NCBI GenBank assembly: GCA_003222055.1
Contig: QHUT01000055.1
Span: 759 to 64,758, forward strand
From: Gemmatimonadota bacterium
GTDB taxonomy: Bacteria; Gemmatimonadota; Gemmatimonadetes; Gemmatimonadales; GWC2-71-9
DNA length: 64,000 nt
Direction of reading: 5' to 3'
Shown: in pieces, positions 21,352 to 32,531 of the stretch
Layout of the letters: the number at the start of each line of letters is the position of its first letter
Position numbering within the stretch: the stretch's first letter is position 1
Made by a program: the position numbers and the translations under genes
The notes under the pieces: generated by a model
What the model saw: the letters and a program-made list of their open reading frames with translations, nothing else
What the model was told of the DNA's origin: nothing
The model's database searches: none

Positions 21352-22424
21352 CTCGAGCTCCACAGGCCGCACGCGGCGAACAGGGCTGCCCAGCCGAGGG
21401 CGATCCAGATGCCCAGGGGAGGCAGCGCACCAGGCGCGGGGCGCGCCGCGAGAATCCGGGCCCGCCAGAGCGACAGGAGGGAGTCGACCGTTACTGGTCC
21501 GGTCAGCGCGAGTCGGTCGGCGATGGACAGGCCCGCGCTCGTCACAAGGCGGTGGTACGCCGCTCGGCCGCCCCGTTGCAATGCCACGTGGATCAGCGTC
21601 GCGCGGGCATCGTAGGTCAGGGGGCGTGGCAGGCCGCCTGGCGGGAGCGATCGCAGCAGCCGGGTGCATGCGGAATCGCTACCGTGGGCGCATGTTTGCA
21701 GCGTCGCCAGCTGCGCGCCGCGATCGAAATAGGCGCTGGACTTGAGCACCACGGCTTGCCGCTCGGGGGGACTCGGATACCAGCGCAGCAGCGCATCGCC
21801 GTGCTCAGCGAGGTCGAGGGCATCGCGACAACCCCCGATGTCACCGATCAGGCAGCGGCGCGATGCGTGGGAGGGCGCAGTCACCAGCTCTATGTAGACC
21901 CGCGCCCACTGAGCATCTGGGTCGGCCAGGGGCCGCAGCGGTCCGCCCAACCAGCTTTGCAGAGCGGTATCGGCCGGTGCAACCGGCACGCTGGAGAGGA
22001 GCAGCTGCGTCAGAGACGCGACGCCCTGGTCCCACGGGACCTCGATTCCACTGTGTCTCGGCGGTCGCTCGACGGTAGTGTCTGGGTCGACGGCGACGAT
22101 GGCGTAGGGACGGTGCGCGAGCTGCCGGGCGTCGTCGCCGTACACGCTGTCGATCACCGGCCAGGCACGTCCTGCGGCCTCGCGCAGTGGGAGGGGCGAC
22201 GGATTGGTCACGATCGTGAGCGCGCCCACTCGGATCGTGTCTCGTCCGGCCAGCGCGCGCGTACGCTCCAGGCTGTCAATCGCATTGGCCACGGCGTTGG
22301 CGCGACGCCACTCGCGCGCCAGGCTGTCGGCCCGGGCCTTGAGCCGCGGGAGATCGCTCTGATCCTGGCCGTACAGCGCCCGCGTGCACGCGAGGAACGG
22401 CAGCAGCCAGCGGGTCCTAGACAT
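21336..22424 (-). CDS. Hypothetical exported protein with a C-terminal TM (paralog A)
   Basis: Signal peptide, C-terminal TM, overlaps both neighbours. Confidence 0.7.
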   Translation of the reverse strand: MSRTRWLLPFLACTRALYGQDQSDLPRLKARADSLAREWRRANAVANAIDSLERTRALAGRDTIRVGALTIVTNPSPLPLREAAGRAWPVIDSVYGDDARQLAHRPYAIVAVDPDTTVERPPRHSGIEVPWDQGVASLTQLLLSSVPVAPADTALQSWLGGPLRPLADPDAQWARVYIELVTAPSHASRRCLIGDIGGCRDALDLAEHGDALLRWYPSPPERQAVVLKSSAYFDRGAQLATLQTCAHGSDSACTRLLRSLPPGGLPRPLTYDARATLIHVALQRGGRAAYHRLVTSAGLSIADRLALTGPVTVDSLLSLWRARILAARPAPGALPPLGIWIALGWAALFAACGLWSSRWRGN

Positions 22425-23073
22425 CGATCAGCATCCAGCGCCCGGCAAAGATCGCCAGCGGGCCGGGCCAGTTGAGGATCACGATCTGGAGTTTTCCCAG
22501 AAGGTCCAAGTCGACGCTCGCGACGTGCGCGATGATCTGGACGACGATTACGGCACCGATCAGCGCGAGGATGATCCCGGCGGTCCGCGCGGTGCCCGCG
22601 GCGACGGCGAAGAACACCGAGAACGCCACGAGCACGGCGAGCGCGAACCGAACCGCCAGTGTCGCTGGATATCCCTGTAGCCCGGCGGGAATCGTGGCAC
22701 TCCAGGTGGCGAGCAGCGCGCCGGCTGTCACGGCGAGGATCGGGGCCGCCAGCAGCGTCGCGCCGGCCCCGAATCGCAGAAGCACGTAGCGCCAGCGGGG
22801 CACGGGGAGCAGGAGCGCATGGACGTGCCGCCCGCGGTGGTCCGGCGTCCACGTCGCTATCGCGACCAGCAGCCCTAGAGTGGCCGCGAGTACGGGATAG
22901 AGCACCCCCCACGATTGCACGGTGCGCAGGAGCTCAGCGGGCACGAGCGGGCTGGCGTCGGCGCGAGCGGCACCCTGCACCGAGACGATCGGAAGGGCGA
23001 AGCCGGCCACGCTGCCGAGCAGCACAATCAGCCGGGACCACTTCCACTGGTTGTACAGCATGACACGGAACAC
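22417..23073 (-). CDS. ABC-2-type permease-like membrane protein
   Basis: About six TM helices; LLLPVPRWRYVLLRF; follows the ABC ATPase. Confidence 0.8.
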   Translation of the reverse strand: MFRVMLYNQWKWSRLIVLLGSVAGFALPIVSVQGAARADASPLVPAELLRTVQSWGVLYPVLAATLGLLVAIATWTPDHRGRHVHALLLPVPRWRYVLLRFGAGATLLAAPILAVTAGALLATWSATIPAGLQGYPATLAVRFALAVLVAFSVFFAVAAGTARTAGIILALIGAVIVVQIIAHVASVDLDLLGKLQIVILNWPGPLAIFAGRWMLIDV

Positions 23074-23082
23074 GGTGACCTC

Positions 23083-23979
23083 CTAGGCGCGCGGGCCGCG
23101 AAACGTGCGAAGCAGCTCCACGAACCCTTCTTCGAGATCGAGGTCGATCACCTGGTGGAGCGGTACTCCGCAGGCGTCGAAGAACGCCGCCATCTGCGGC
23201 TCCCATTCGCGCACAAGCCACGTCTCGCCGGTCCCGTTGGCCGGCTCGCGCGCGAGCAGGACAAAGGGAGGGTTGTCCGGCGTCGCCGGTGTCCCGCCGA
23301 CGCGGAGGCGCTTGATCCCGTTCTTGAAGCGTTCCATCGGCAGTTCGATGATCAGCCGCCCGTCGTCCATCACGCCGATCCAATCGCAGAACCGCTCGAG
23401 CTCGTGGACGAGGTGACTGGAGATGAAAACGGTCGCTTGTCGCTGGGACACGTACTCGAGCAGGGCCGACAGGACGTCGCGTCGCACCACGGGGTCGAGA
23501 CCGTCGGTCGGCTCGTCGAGCACGAGCAGCTCCGGCCGCTGCGCCAGGGCCAGCAGCATCATGAGCTTGCCCTTCTGTCCCTTGGAGAGCCGGCCGAACG
23601 GCTGGTCGTCCCGCAGCTCGAACTTGGCGCGCAGCCGCTCCGCCCAGGGCCAATCCCAGGTCGGGAAAAATGCCGCGTGAAACCCGAGCGTTTCGCGAAC
23701 GGTGAGGAGCGGATCGAGGTGGGGTTGCTCGGGAACGCATCCCACCCGCGCCAGGACGCGGGCGACGTCGCGCGGCACGGCCTCGCCCAACAGGGTGATG
23801 CCGCCGGCGAGCGGCCGCAGCAGTCCCAGCATGAGCCGGATCGTCGTGGTCTTGCCGCAGCCGTTCGGGCCAAGAAAGCCGTAAATGGCGCCAGGCGGGA
23901 CGTGCAGGTCCAGATCTTTGATCTCGAACGTCCTGCCGGCGCGATAGCACAATCGCTGGATCTCGATGGCGTTGGTCAT
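23083..23979 (-). CDS. ABC transporter ATP-binding protein (YtrB-like)
   Basis: GPNGCGKTT, LSKGQ, LLVLDEP, ISSH. Confidence 0.95.
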   Translation of the reverse strand: MTNAIEIQRLCYRAGRTFEIKDLDLHVPPGAIYGFLGPNGCGKTTTIRLMLGLLRPLAGGITLLGEAVPRDVARVLARVGCVPEQPHLDPLLTVRETLGFHAAFFPTWDWPWAERLRAKFELRDDQPFGRLSKGQKGKLMMLLALAQRPELLVLDEPTDGLDPVVRRDVLSALLEYVSQRQATVFISSHLVHELERFCDWIGVMDDGRLIIELPMERFKNGIKRLRVGGTPATPDNPPFVLLAREPANGTGETWLVREWEPQMAAFFDACGVPLHQVIDLDLEEGFVELLRTFRGPRA

Positions 23980-24356
23980 GGGGCTCCCACTCCGATCTCC
24001 TCTGCGACAGCGGTCTGCAGTTCCTGTCGGGACACGCCGAGGCGTCCCGCTTGAGCGAGCATCTCGCGGACCAGTGCCCCCGCCTGCCGCGCCCGCTCGC
24101 GCGCGCGCGCCTGGGGCGCGACCTCTCTCACAAACGTCCCCGCGCCCTGTCGCATCTCCACGAATCCCTCGCTCTCGAGGTCGCGATAGGCCTGCACGAC
24201 CGTCGCCGGGTTCACGCGCAGCTCGGTCGCCAGCTGGCGCACCGAGGGCAGGGCCGTGGCCGGACGCAGCTCGCCGGACGCGATCGCTAGCCTCACGCGG
24301 TTGGCTATCTGCTCGTACAGCGGGATCGGACTGCGGGGGTTGAGGTGCTCAAACAC
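23976..24356 (-). CDS. GntR family regulator, YtrA subfamily
   Basis: PLYEQI, LPSVRQLA, VNPATV, GAGTFV; short C-terminal domain; ABC genes follow. Confidence 0.93.
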   Translation of the reverse strand: MFEHLNPRSPIPLYEQIANRVRLAIASGELRPATALPSVRQLATELRVNPATVVQAYRDLESEGFVEMRQGAGTFVREVAPQARARERARQAGALVREMLAQAGRLGVSRQELQTAVAEEIGVGAP

Positions 24357-24368
24357 CGTTACAGCGTC

Positions 24369-24396
24369 TGTATCATTGTAGCGATACAGTGATACA
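24369..24396. promoter_or_regulatory. YtrA-type operator (28-bp imperfect palindrome)
   Basis: TGTATCATTGTAGCGATACAGTGATACA just upstream of the GntR gene; minus-strand TTGACA at 24414-24409. Confidence 0.8.
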
Positions 24397-24849
24397 ACGA
24401 CGGGTTCCTGTCAAGGGGGAAGGGACCACCAACGCCTGCTCCCACACGCTAGAGCGGTAATGTCTCGGGCTGGCACGGACCAGCGCGGGCGGCCGGCCTG
24501 TCCCTTTTCGCGCAAGTTGTTTATTTTCAAGCCACTGATGTTGCGGTAGGGGCGGGGACGGCGTCGGTCAATCCGGCAGCGCCTGGCCAGCCCGGCGGAT
24601 CCGCCGGAGCTCGCAGCAGGCGCGCCGAGATGCACTGGCGACCCTCCCTTGAACGATTCCCGCCGCGCACGACCTTGACCGGCGACGCACAAACACGACT
24701 CTGCTACGCACAGCTGTCGCCTCCCTTGAGGCGCCCGCGCTCGGGCGCCCGACATCTCATCGTCCTCGCCACGCACGCCGCGCGTCCGGCCGCTTGACGG
24801 CCCGGCACCGCGCGCCTGGGCGGCGAGGGCACCTGGAGCAAGACACCAC

Positions 24850-26759
24850 ATGATGACACAGCCGCATGCCCATCTCGCACGACCGCACAAAGAACCGCCC
24901 GCCCACGCGCCCAATGCCGCGCTGCTGATCGACTTCGACAACGTCACGATGGGGATCCGCTCGGATCTCCAGTCGGAGCTGAAGCGGCTGCTGCAATCGG
25001 AGATCATCCGCGGGAAGGTGGCCGTGCAGCGTGCCTACGCCGATTGGCGTCGCTATCCGCAGTACATCGTCCCACTCTCCGAATCGTCCATCGATCTGAT
25101 TTTCGCGCCGGCGTACGGCTCGAACAAGAAAAACGCGACCGACATCCGGCTCGCCATCGACGCGCTGGAACTGGTGTTCACGCGCCCCGAGATCGGGACC
25201 TTCATCCTGCTCTCGGGCGATTCCGACTTCTCCTCGCTGGTGCTCAAGCTCAAAGAGTATGGCAAGTACGTGATCGGCGTGGGGATTCGCGAGTCGTCCA
25301 GCGATCTGCTGATCCAGAATTGCGACGAGTACTACTCCTACAACGAGCTGGCCGGGTTCACCAAGGAGTCCGACGTCACGCACGAGCGCCACGATCCCTG
25401 GGAGCTCGTGGTCGAAGCCGTGAAGCAGATGACGGCGCACAACGACGTGATGCGCTCCGATCGCCTCAAGCAGGTGATGCAGGAGATCGACCCGACCTTC
25501 AACGAGAAAGACGTGGGATTCTCACGCTTCTCGAAGTTCGTGGTCGAGGCCGCCCACAAGGGCTTGATCAACCTCAACAAGCTCGACAACGGCCAGTACG
25601 AGATCGCCCTCGGCCCGGGCGTGCCAGGCGCCGCGGCGCAGCCGGCAGGCGTGGCTGCCCCAGATCGGCCAGATCGGATAGATCGGGCCGACCGAGGAGG
25701 TGATCGGGCACGGGAGCGGGGAGAGGGCCGCGGCCGCGGCCGGGGCCGGCGAGGGGGCGGGGGGGGCCGCGACGAGCCGCAACCTCACGCGGAGCCCACG
25801 CCGGCGGACGAGCCAGCTCCCGACGTCGCTCCCGAGCAGCGTCGCAGCGCGTTCTCGCTGGACGGCGCCGTCGGCGTGATCAAGCAGGCCCTGGGCCGCC
25901 TGGGGGGCGACTCCCGTCCGGTGAGCGCCGAAGAGCTCGGCGAAGCCATGGCCGAGATCAAGGGCGATGCCGAACCCGTAGAGCCCGCCCAGGTGCAGAA
26001 GCTGCTGCGCCAGGCTCACGACCGTGAGTTGATCGACCTCGCCAAGGAGGACGACGGCGCCTACACGGTCAAGGTCCGCGACGCGGCCACCGACGCCGAC
26101 GAAGCGCTCGATCCGCCCATGCCCGAGTCGTCTGCGCCGCCGTCGATGCGGCCGGGCGCCTCGCCGGCGGGCGGCATTCCGTCACGCAGCGCGCGGTTCC
26201 GCCGCGGGTCGCGGGGTCCGCGTGTCAGTCCCCCGGACATTCCCAAGATCGGCGTGGTCGAAGTAGACCCCAATTTCAAGCCGCGCATCGAGCTGCTCCC
26301 GCCCAAGCACCCCGATATCGAGCCCCGCAGCGGGGACGCGATTCCAGGCGGGTTCCCCTCGGGAGGAGATGAGGGCCGTGAGCGGGGAGGACGGGGAGGT
26401 GGGGGGGGCGGGGGGGGCGGGGGGAGCCGCGGTGGGCGGGGCCGCGGGGGCGATGCGGGCGCTCGCGGGGGCGAGCACATCGAGGCGGGTGAGCGCCCCG
26501 AGCGGGGGGAGCGGGGAGAGCGCGGCGGCCGCGGCCGTCGTGGTGGTCGAGGACGCGGTGGCCGGGGTCGGGGCGCGGGGGGAGCGAACGCTGGCGAGCG
26601 CGCGCAGCCCCGCGACATCGAACAGTCGCGGGCGTCGTTGCCCGAGCCGGCGCCGCCGCCACCTCCTCCGCCCTCGCCCAAGCCACCGGCGCACGAGCCG
26701 GACGATGGGGGGGGCGAGTCGTTCTGGTCGAAGGTGAAGCGCGGGCTCACCGGCGGTCC

Positions 26760-26763
<4 letters not shown>
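24850..26763 (+). CDS. NYN (LabA/DUF88) domain protein with OST-HTH/LOTUS domain and RGG-rich disordered regions
   Basis: LLIDFDNV, KNATDIRLAIDA, SGDSDF; DPTFNEKDVGFSRFSKFV (LOTUS). Confidence 0.9.
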
Positions 26764-27328
<565 letters not shown>

Positions 27329-27344
<16 letters not shown>

Positions 27345-28441
27345 GACTGCTGCTCGTGCTCCAGCAACCCATCGTCGTGGACGGCCACATCGACACGCCG
27401 CAGCGCATGCTCGACATGAAAACCGACATTACGGCGCGGCTCTCCGATGGCCACGTCGACGTGCCACGCATGAAGGAGGGGGGGCTTACGGCGGCGTTCT
27501 TCTCGATCTGGGTGGACGCGCGCTACGGTCCCGGGACCGCGTTCCGGCGGGCGCTGAACCTGATCGGCGCGGTGCGGGCCCTCGCGGACACGAACCCCGA
27601 GGTGGAGCTAGCGACCTCGGCGGACCAGGTGCGGGCTGCGGCGGGCCGGGGGCATGTCGCGGCGCTGTTGGGAGTGGAGGGCGGGCACGCGATCGAGAAT
27701 TCGCTGAAGAAGCTCGATTCGTTGTACCGGCTCGGCGTGCGCTACATGACGCTCACATGGAACAACGGGAACGACTGGGCGGGCTCGTCCACCGACCCGC
27801 AGCGGGACGGAGGACTGACCCCGCTCGGCCGGCGCGTGGTGCGACGCATGAACGAGCTGGGGATGCTGGTGGACGTGTCGCACGTTTCCGACCGGACGTT
27901 CTGGGACGTCATCGCCACGAGCACGCGGCCGGTGATCGCCTCGCACTCCTCCTGCCGTGCGCTCGCGCACCATCCGCGCAATCTCTCGGACGATCAGCTG
28001 CGGGCCATCGCCAAGAACGGCGGCGTAGTGGGCATCAACTTCTACCCCGTGTTCCTGGACGAGCACTTCCGGCATCAGTACGAGGAGCTCCGCCGGCGGC
28101 TCAGGCCCGAGACGGACGCGATCCGGACCCGCTACCGCGGCCGACCGGGCGAGTCGGCGTTCGCGGTCGACAAGTTCGTGGGCGAGCAGGCCGAGAGTCT
28201 CGATGTGCCGACGATCGATCGCCTCGTGGACCACATCGAGCACGCGGTGCAGGTCATGGGGATCGACCACGTGGGCCTGGGCAGCGATTTCGACGGGATC
28301 AGCGTGCTGCCGCGGCCGCTGAAAGACGCGACATCCTTGCCCGACCTGGTGCGCGCCCTGGAGGCGCGCGGCTACGCGGACGAGGGGCTGCGCAAGATCC
28401 TGGGCGAGAACTTCCTCCGGGTGCTTACTGCCGCTCCGTGA
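27329..28441 (+). CDS. Membrane dipeptidase (M19); start uncertain
   Basis: DGHID, GVEGGH, DVSH, SHS, GLGSDFDG, ILGENFLRV. Confidence 0.9.
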
Positions 28442-29654
28442 TGCCCTCCTTGGAGCTGCCGAGGGAGTAGCGGACACCGCCCTGGAAGGTGTGGGTGGTG
28501 CCCTGGATCAGGAAGCTCGCCGCCGATGAGGTCAGAATGTAGTGACCGAACAGCGCGAGCCGCCCCTGCTTGATATCGATTCCGCCCATCCACCAGAAGA
28601 ACGCCTTCGTGGCCGCGTTGTCCGCGTCGTCCTGCAACTGGGCGGCCACGGAGGGCGTACAGCCGGAGCAGCTGGTCTCCACGTTCAGCGCTTCCACGAT
28701 CGCGAACCCACCGCCCGCGAACGGCTCCACGCGGAGCTGCGCCGGGAAGGCGAGGACGCCGACCATGATGCGTCGCAGGTTGTTGAACTGCACGTTGCCC
28801 GGACTCACCCCGCCGTCGGCCTGGACGAACGTCACGTGCCGGGGCGAGATGAACAAGGACTGTTCGTACGACGCGTACAGCGCCGTCCGCTTGCCGGTGA
28901 TCAACCAGTGCCCCCCGAACGTCGGTTCGAAGGAGTAGCTGTCGTAGTTGGTCCGGAAGACGAGGAGCCCAGCCTGGCCGCCCCAGTACCACTTGTGTTG
29001 CCAATCGCTGCTGCGCCGCTCGTACGTGGGGCCGCCGCGCGCGCGCGTCTCGGGCACCTTGCCGCCGGCCGCGACGATCGAATCGCGTCGTTCCTTGGGA
29101 ATCTCCGGGTAGATCTTCTCGCGACGGCTGGGCCCGAGAAAAAAGGACAGCCCCGCGGATCCGACCAACTGGCCGGCCCACTTGCTGCCGGGCAGTTGCG
29201 TCGTGGCGGCGTAGTAGGCGCGCCCCTCGAGGCGCAGCGCGGCCCGATCGCTGATGTAGATCCGGTCGCCCAGGGCCGCGTGCGCCCCCGCGTCCCGGAA
29301 CCCGCCCGTGGTGCCGCTGTTGAAGTCCATGGCCGAGTAGCCGCCCAGCAGGTAGAAGCTCTTTTCCGAGCCGAAGTTCAGCACCAGGCTTCCGGAGGCG
29401 AACCACACCGGCACGTCCGTGCCGCCGCCCGTGGGATGCGGCCGCATGTATATGCCGTCCCCCTCGATCCCCAGCCCATCCGTGATCCAGAAGCCAAGCC
29501 GGCCCCCGCCCCCGATCTGGTTGTCGAGCAGGAAGGCGCGATCGAACCGGGTAAACGTCCCGAACCCGCCGATCTCGAACTGGTGGGCGTGCTGGGCGCT
29601 CAAGGTCGCGGCCCCGCCGAGCAGCAGAACCCCCATCACCGTGGCTACCCGCAT
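28425..29654 (-). CDS. Outer-membrane protein with two beta-barrel-like domains
   Basis: Signal peptide; QFEIGGFG, alternating beta-strand pattern; second barrel-like domain after a linker. Confidence 0.8.
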   Translation of the reverse strand: MRVATVMGVLLLGGAATLSAQHAHQFEIGGFGTFTRFDRAFLLDNQIGGGGRLGFWITDGLGIEGDGIYMRPHPTGGGTDVPVWFASGSLVLNFGSEKSFYLLGGYSAMDFNSGTTGGFRDAGAHAALGDRIYISDRAALRLEGRAYYAATTQLPGSKWAGQLVGSAGLSFFLGPSRREKIYPEIPKERRDSIVAAGGKVPETRARGGPTYERRSSDWQHKWYWGGQAGLLVFRTNYDSYSFEPTFGGHWLITGKRTALYASYEQSLFISPRHVTFVQADGGVSPGNVQFNNLRRIMVGVLAFPAQLRVEPFAGGGFAIVEALNVETSCSGCTPSVAAQLQDDADNAATKAFFWWMGGIDIKQGRLALFGHYILTSSAASFLIQGTTHTFQGGVRYSLGSSKEGITERQ

Positions 29655-29832
29655 GGAGACGACTCCTCTGAGGCGGCGTTCGTACCGGAAAAGGCGACCC
29701 CCAAAATAGGGAGTTCTGGCGGAAAACGCGATACCCCTTCGGCTTAAGCCTCTGAACCTTGAAAGTACTTGAAGGTTGGGCTGGAGCCGGAGCCGTCTGA
29801 CACCGAAGTTTTCCCGAAGTAGACGTCGCCGA

Positions 29833-30384
29833 CTAGTAACGGCGGCTCTTCTGCCCCCCAGGCCCGACGAAGAACGTCATCCCCACCATGCCTGTGACGT
29901 GCACCACTTCGTCTTTGCTGCTGAAGCCAGCGCCAGGGCCTCGGTAATAGGCTCGGGCTTCCAGACGCACGGCCGCATGGCCGGGGGCGAAGAATATCCG
30001 TTCGCCCAGCCCCGCGTGGACGGCGTTCAGGTCGGAGGTGTAGGGTGCGCCCGGCCCCATATGGAGGCGCGAATAGCCGCCCAGGATGTAGAAGCCGCCC
30101 GAGCTCATCACGAGGCTGGCGCTGGCGAACGCGGACGTGGTCCCGCCCACGCCGCTGAATGTCGAGCGCGGCTGGGCTACGGTGCCGTCGACCTCGAGTG
30201 CGAAGTGGTCGCCGAGGAAGTAACCGAGCCAGCCACCTGCGCCGAACTGGTTGTCGAGCTGGAAGCGGCTATCGTACCGCGTGTAGCTGCCGAACCCACC
30301 GATCTCGAGCTGGCCGCCATGTTGTGCACAGAGGGACCGTGCCCCGCTGGCCAGCAGCACCGCAACGACAGTGAGCGCCCGCAT
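29833..30384 (-). CDS. OmpA-like 8-stranded outer-membrane beta-barrel (paralog)
   Basis: QLEIGGFGSYTRYD…LDNQFGAGG…RLEARAYY, shared with both neighbours. Confidence 0.8.
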   Translation of the reverse strand: MRALTVVAVLLASGARSLCAQHGGQLEIGGFGSYTRYDSRFQLDNQFGAGGWLGYFLGDHFALEVDGTVAQPRSTFSGVGGTTSAFASASLVMSSGGFYILGGYSRLHMGPGAPYTSDLNAVHAGLGERIFFAPGHAAVRLEARAYYRGPGAGFSSKDEVVHVTGMVGMTFFVGPGGQKSRRY

Positions 30385-30662
30385 GGGAAGAGCTCCTTGT
30401 GGGGATGTGAGGTGGGCGCACCGCAACATAGGCGCTTCCCTCTAATGCGGGTGAGGCGTAGCACACGGCGCGGCGGGTCAGGTCGTCGTAAGGCTCGCTA
30501 CCTGCTTACAGGCTATGGCCTTGGGACACGACGGCGTATCCGACGCGACATCGCAAGTACTTGAAAGTGAGAACGAGCCGGACGCAGAATACCGAAGATA
30601 TACCGAATGCTGTGTAACGGCAGCGCGTACGGGTACGGCCTCCCGAGCTAGCGGCCGGTCGT

Positions 30663-31199
30663 CTACTTCGCGCCGCTATGGCCCAAGAGGAACGACACGC
30701 CCGCGATGCCAGCGAAGTGACCGACCCAGTGAGGGCTGTCCTGGACGCCGCCGGGCCCGCGATAATACCCTCGCGCCTCCAACCGGAGTGCCACGCGGTC
30801 GCCGACGAAGATCCGCTCGCCGAGCCCCCCATGCAGGGCGTTCAGATCGGAATGGTAGGGTGGATTGGGTCCCATGTAGAGCCGGGAATACCCGCCCAGC
30901 ACGTACGCGCTCCCCGAGCTGACGACCAGGCTCGCGCTGCCGAACACGGCGGTCGTCTTCCCCACGCCGCTGAGCTGCGAGAGCGGCTGCGCTACGTTTG
31001 CGTCAACCTCGAGACTCAAGTGGTTGCCGAAAAAGTAACCGAGACGAGCACCGCCACCGAACTCGTTGTCGAGCTGGAGACCGCCGTCATACCGCGTGTA
31101 GCTGCCGAATACGCCGATCTCGAATTGGCCGGCGTGCTGCGCGCCGAGCGGCGCAGTGCCGCCCGCCAGCAGCAGCCCGATAAGCGTGAGCACGCGCAT
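30663..31199 (-). CDS. OmpA-like 8-stranded outer-membrane beta-barrel (paralog)
   Basis: QFEIGVFGSYTRYD…LDNEFGGGAR…RLEARGYY. Confidence 0.8.
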   Translation of the reverse strand: MRVLTLIGLLLAGGTAPLGAQHAGQFEIGVFGSYTRYDGGLQLDNEFGGGARLGYFFGNHLSLEVDANVAQPLSQLSGVGKTTAVFGSASLVVSSGSAYVLGGYSRLYMGPNPPYHSDLNALHGGLGERIFVGDRVALRLEARGYYRGPGGVQDSPHWVGHFAGIAGVSFLLGHSGAK

Positions 31200-31331
31200 G
31201 GGAGGACTCCTTGCGGAATTGGAGATGGGCGCCACCCAAAATAGGAGCTTCCGCCAGAATACGCGATATGCCCTGAATCCCTTGAATGTAGTCGACGCGA
31301 CAAACACCGAACCAACTCCGAAGATGTCGCA

Positions 31332-32531
31332 TCAGATGAGTCCTAGGTTCCTCCCCACGTGCTTGAATGCCGACAGTGCGAAGTCCAGGTCGTCCCGTGT
31401 GTGCGCCGCGGAGAGCTGGCAGCGGATCCGGGCGTGCCCTTGGGGCACCACGGGGTAGCCGAACCCGGTGACGAATACGCCCTGGGCGAGGAGCAGCTCG
31501 CTCATCTGGATGGCCTTGGCCGTCTCGCCCAGAATAACTGGCACGATAGGTGTGTTGCCCGGGAGCGGCTTGAACCCCAGCGCGCGGAGCTGCTCGCGGA
31601 AATAGCGGGCGTTCTCGTGCAGCCGGGTCACGAGCTCGGGGTGTCGCTCGAGGTGGCGCACCGCGGCGAGCGCGCTCCCGGCGACCGTGGGAGGGAGGGC
31701 GTTGGAAAAGAGCTGGGGCCGCGAGCGCTGGGTGAGATAGTCGGCGAGCGGACCCGGGCCCGCGGTGAAGCCGCCCGCCGCGCCCCCCAGCGCCTTGCCG
31801 AGGGTCGAGGTGATGATGTCGACCTGGCCCAGCATGCCGTAGTGCTCCGCCGTGCCGCGGCCCGAGCGGCCGAGCACGCCGCTCGCATGCGAGTCGTCCA
31901 TGGCCACCACGGCGCCGTACCGGCGCGCCAGCGCGACGATGTCCGGCAGGTTGGCGATGTCGCCTTCCATCGAGAACACGCCGTCCGTGAAGACCAGCTT
32001 CAGGCGGGCGTTCATTGCTTGAGCGCCGCGCAGTTTCTCCTCGAGGTCCGCCATGTCGGAGTGCCGGTACACCGCCGTCTGGCATTTCGTGATGGTCTTC
32101 GCGAGGCGGATCGCGTCGATGATGGACGCGTGATTCAGCTGGTCGGAGATGACGATGTCCTGCTCGCCCAGGAGCGTGGGGACGAGGCCCTCGTTCGCGT
32201 TCCAGCAGCTCACGTAGGTGAGTGACGACTCGCAGCCCACAAAGCGCGCGAGCGCTTGCTCGAGCTCGCGGTGGATCGTGAAGGTGCCGCAAATAAAGCG
32301 CACCGAGCCGGTCCCGGCGCCGAACTGGTCGAGCGCGCGCTTGCCGGCGGCCACGACCTCCGGCTCGTCACACAAACCGAGGTAGTTGTTGGAGGAGAGG
32401 ATCACGACCTCGCCGCGCCCTTCCATTTTGGTTCTTGCGGCTTGCGGCTCTTCGAGGTGGTTGAGGCGCTTGTAGACGCCTTCCTGCTTGAACTGCTCGA
32501 GCTCGGCCTCGAGCCGGGCGGCGAAGCTCAT
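31332..32531 (-). CDS. kbl: Glycine C-acetyltransferase (2-amino-3-ketobutyrate CoA ligase)
   Basis: SSNNYLGL, SVRFICGT, DDSHA, TLGKALGGAAGG; follows tdh. Confidence 0.95.
   Translation of the reverse strand: MSFAARLEAELEQFKQEGVYKRLNHLEEPQAARTKMEGRGEVVILSSNNYLGLCDEPEVVAAGKRALDQFGAGTGSVRFICGTFTIHRELEQALARFVGCESSLTYVSCWNANEGLVPTLLGEQDIVISDQLNHASIIDAIRLAKTITKCQTAVYRHSDMADLEEKLRGAQAMNARLKLVFTDGVFSMEGDIANLPDIVALARRYGAVVAMDDSHASGVLGRSGRGTAEHYGMLGQVDIITSTLGKALGGAAGGFTAGPGPLADYLTQRSRPQLFSNALPPTVAGSALAAVRHLERHPELVTRLHENARYFREQLRALGFKPLPGNTPIVPVILGETAKAIQMSELLLAQGVFVTGFGYPVVPQGHARIRCQLSAAHTRDDLDFALSAFKHVGRNLGLI

Noticed and set aside
24420-24850. Structured ncRNA or riboswitch in the long GntR-NYN intergenic region
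   Set aside because: GC-rich hairpins and an IHF-like AT patch are present, but I recognise no RNA family signature; a covariance search would be needed.
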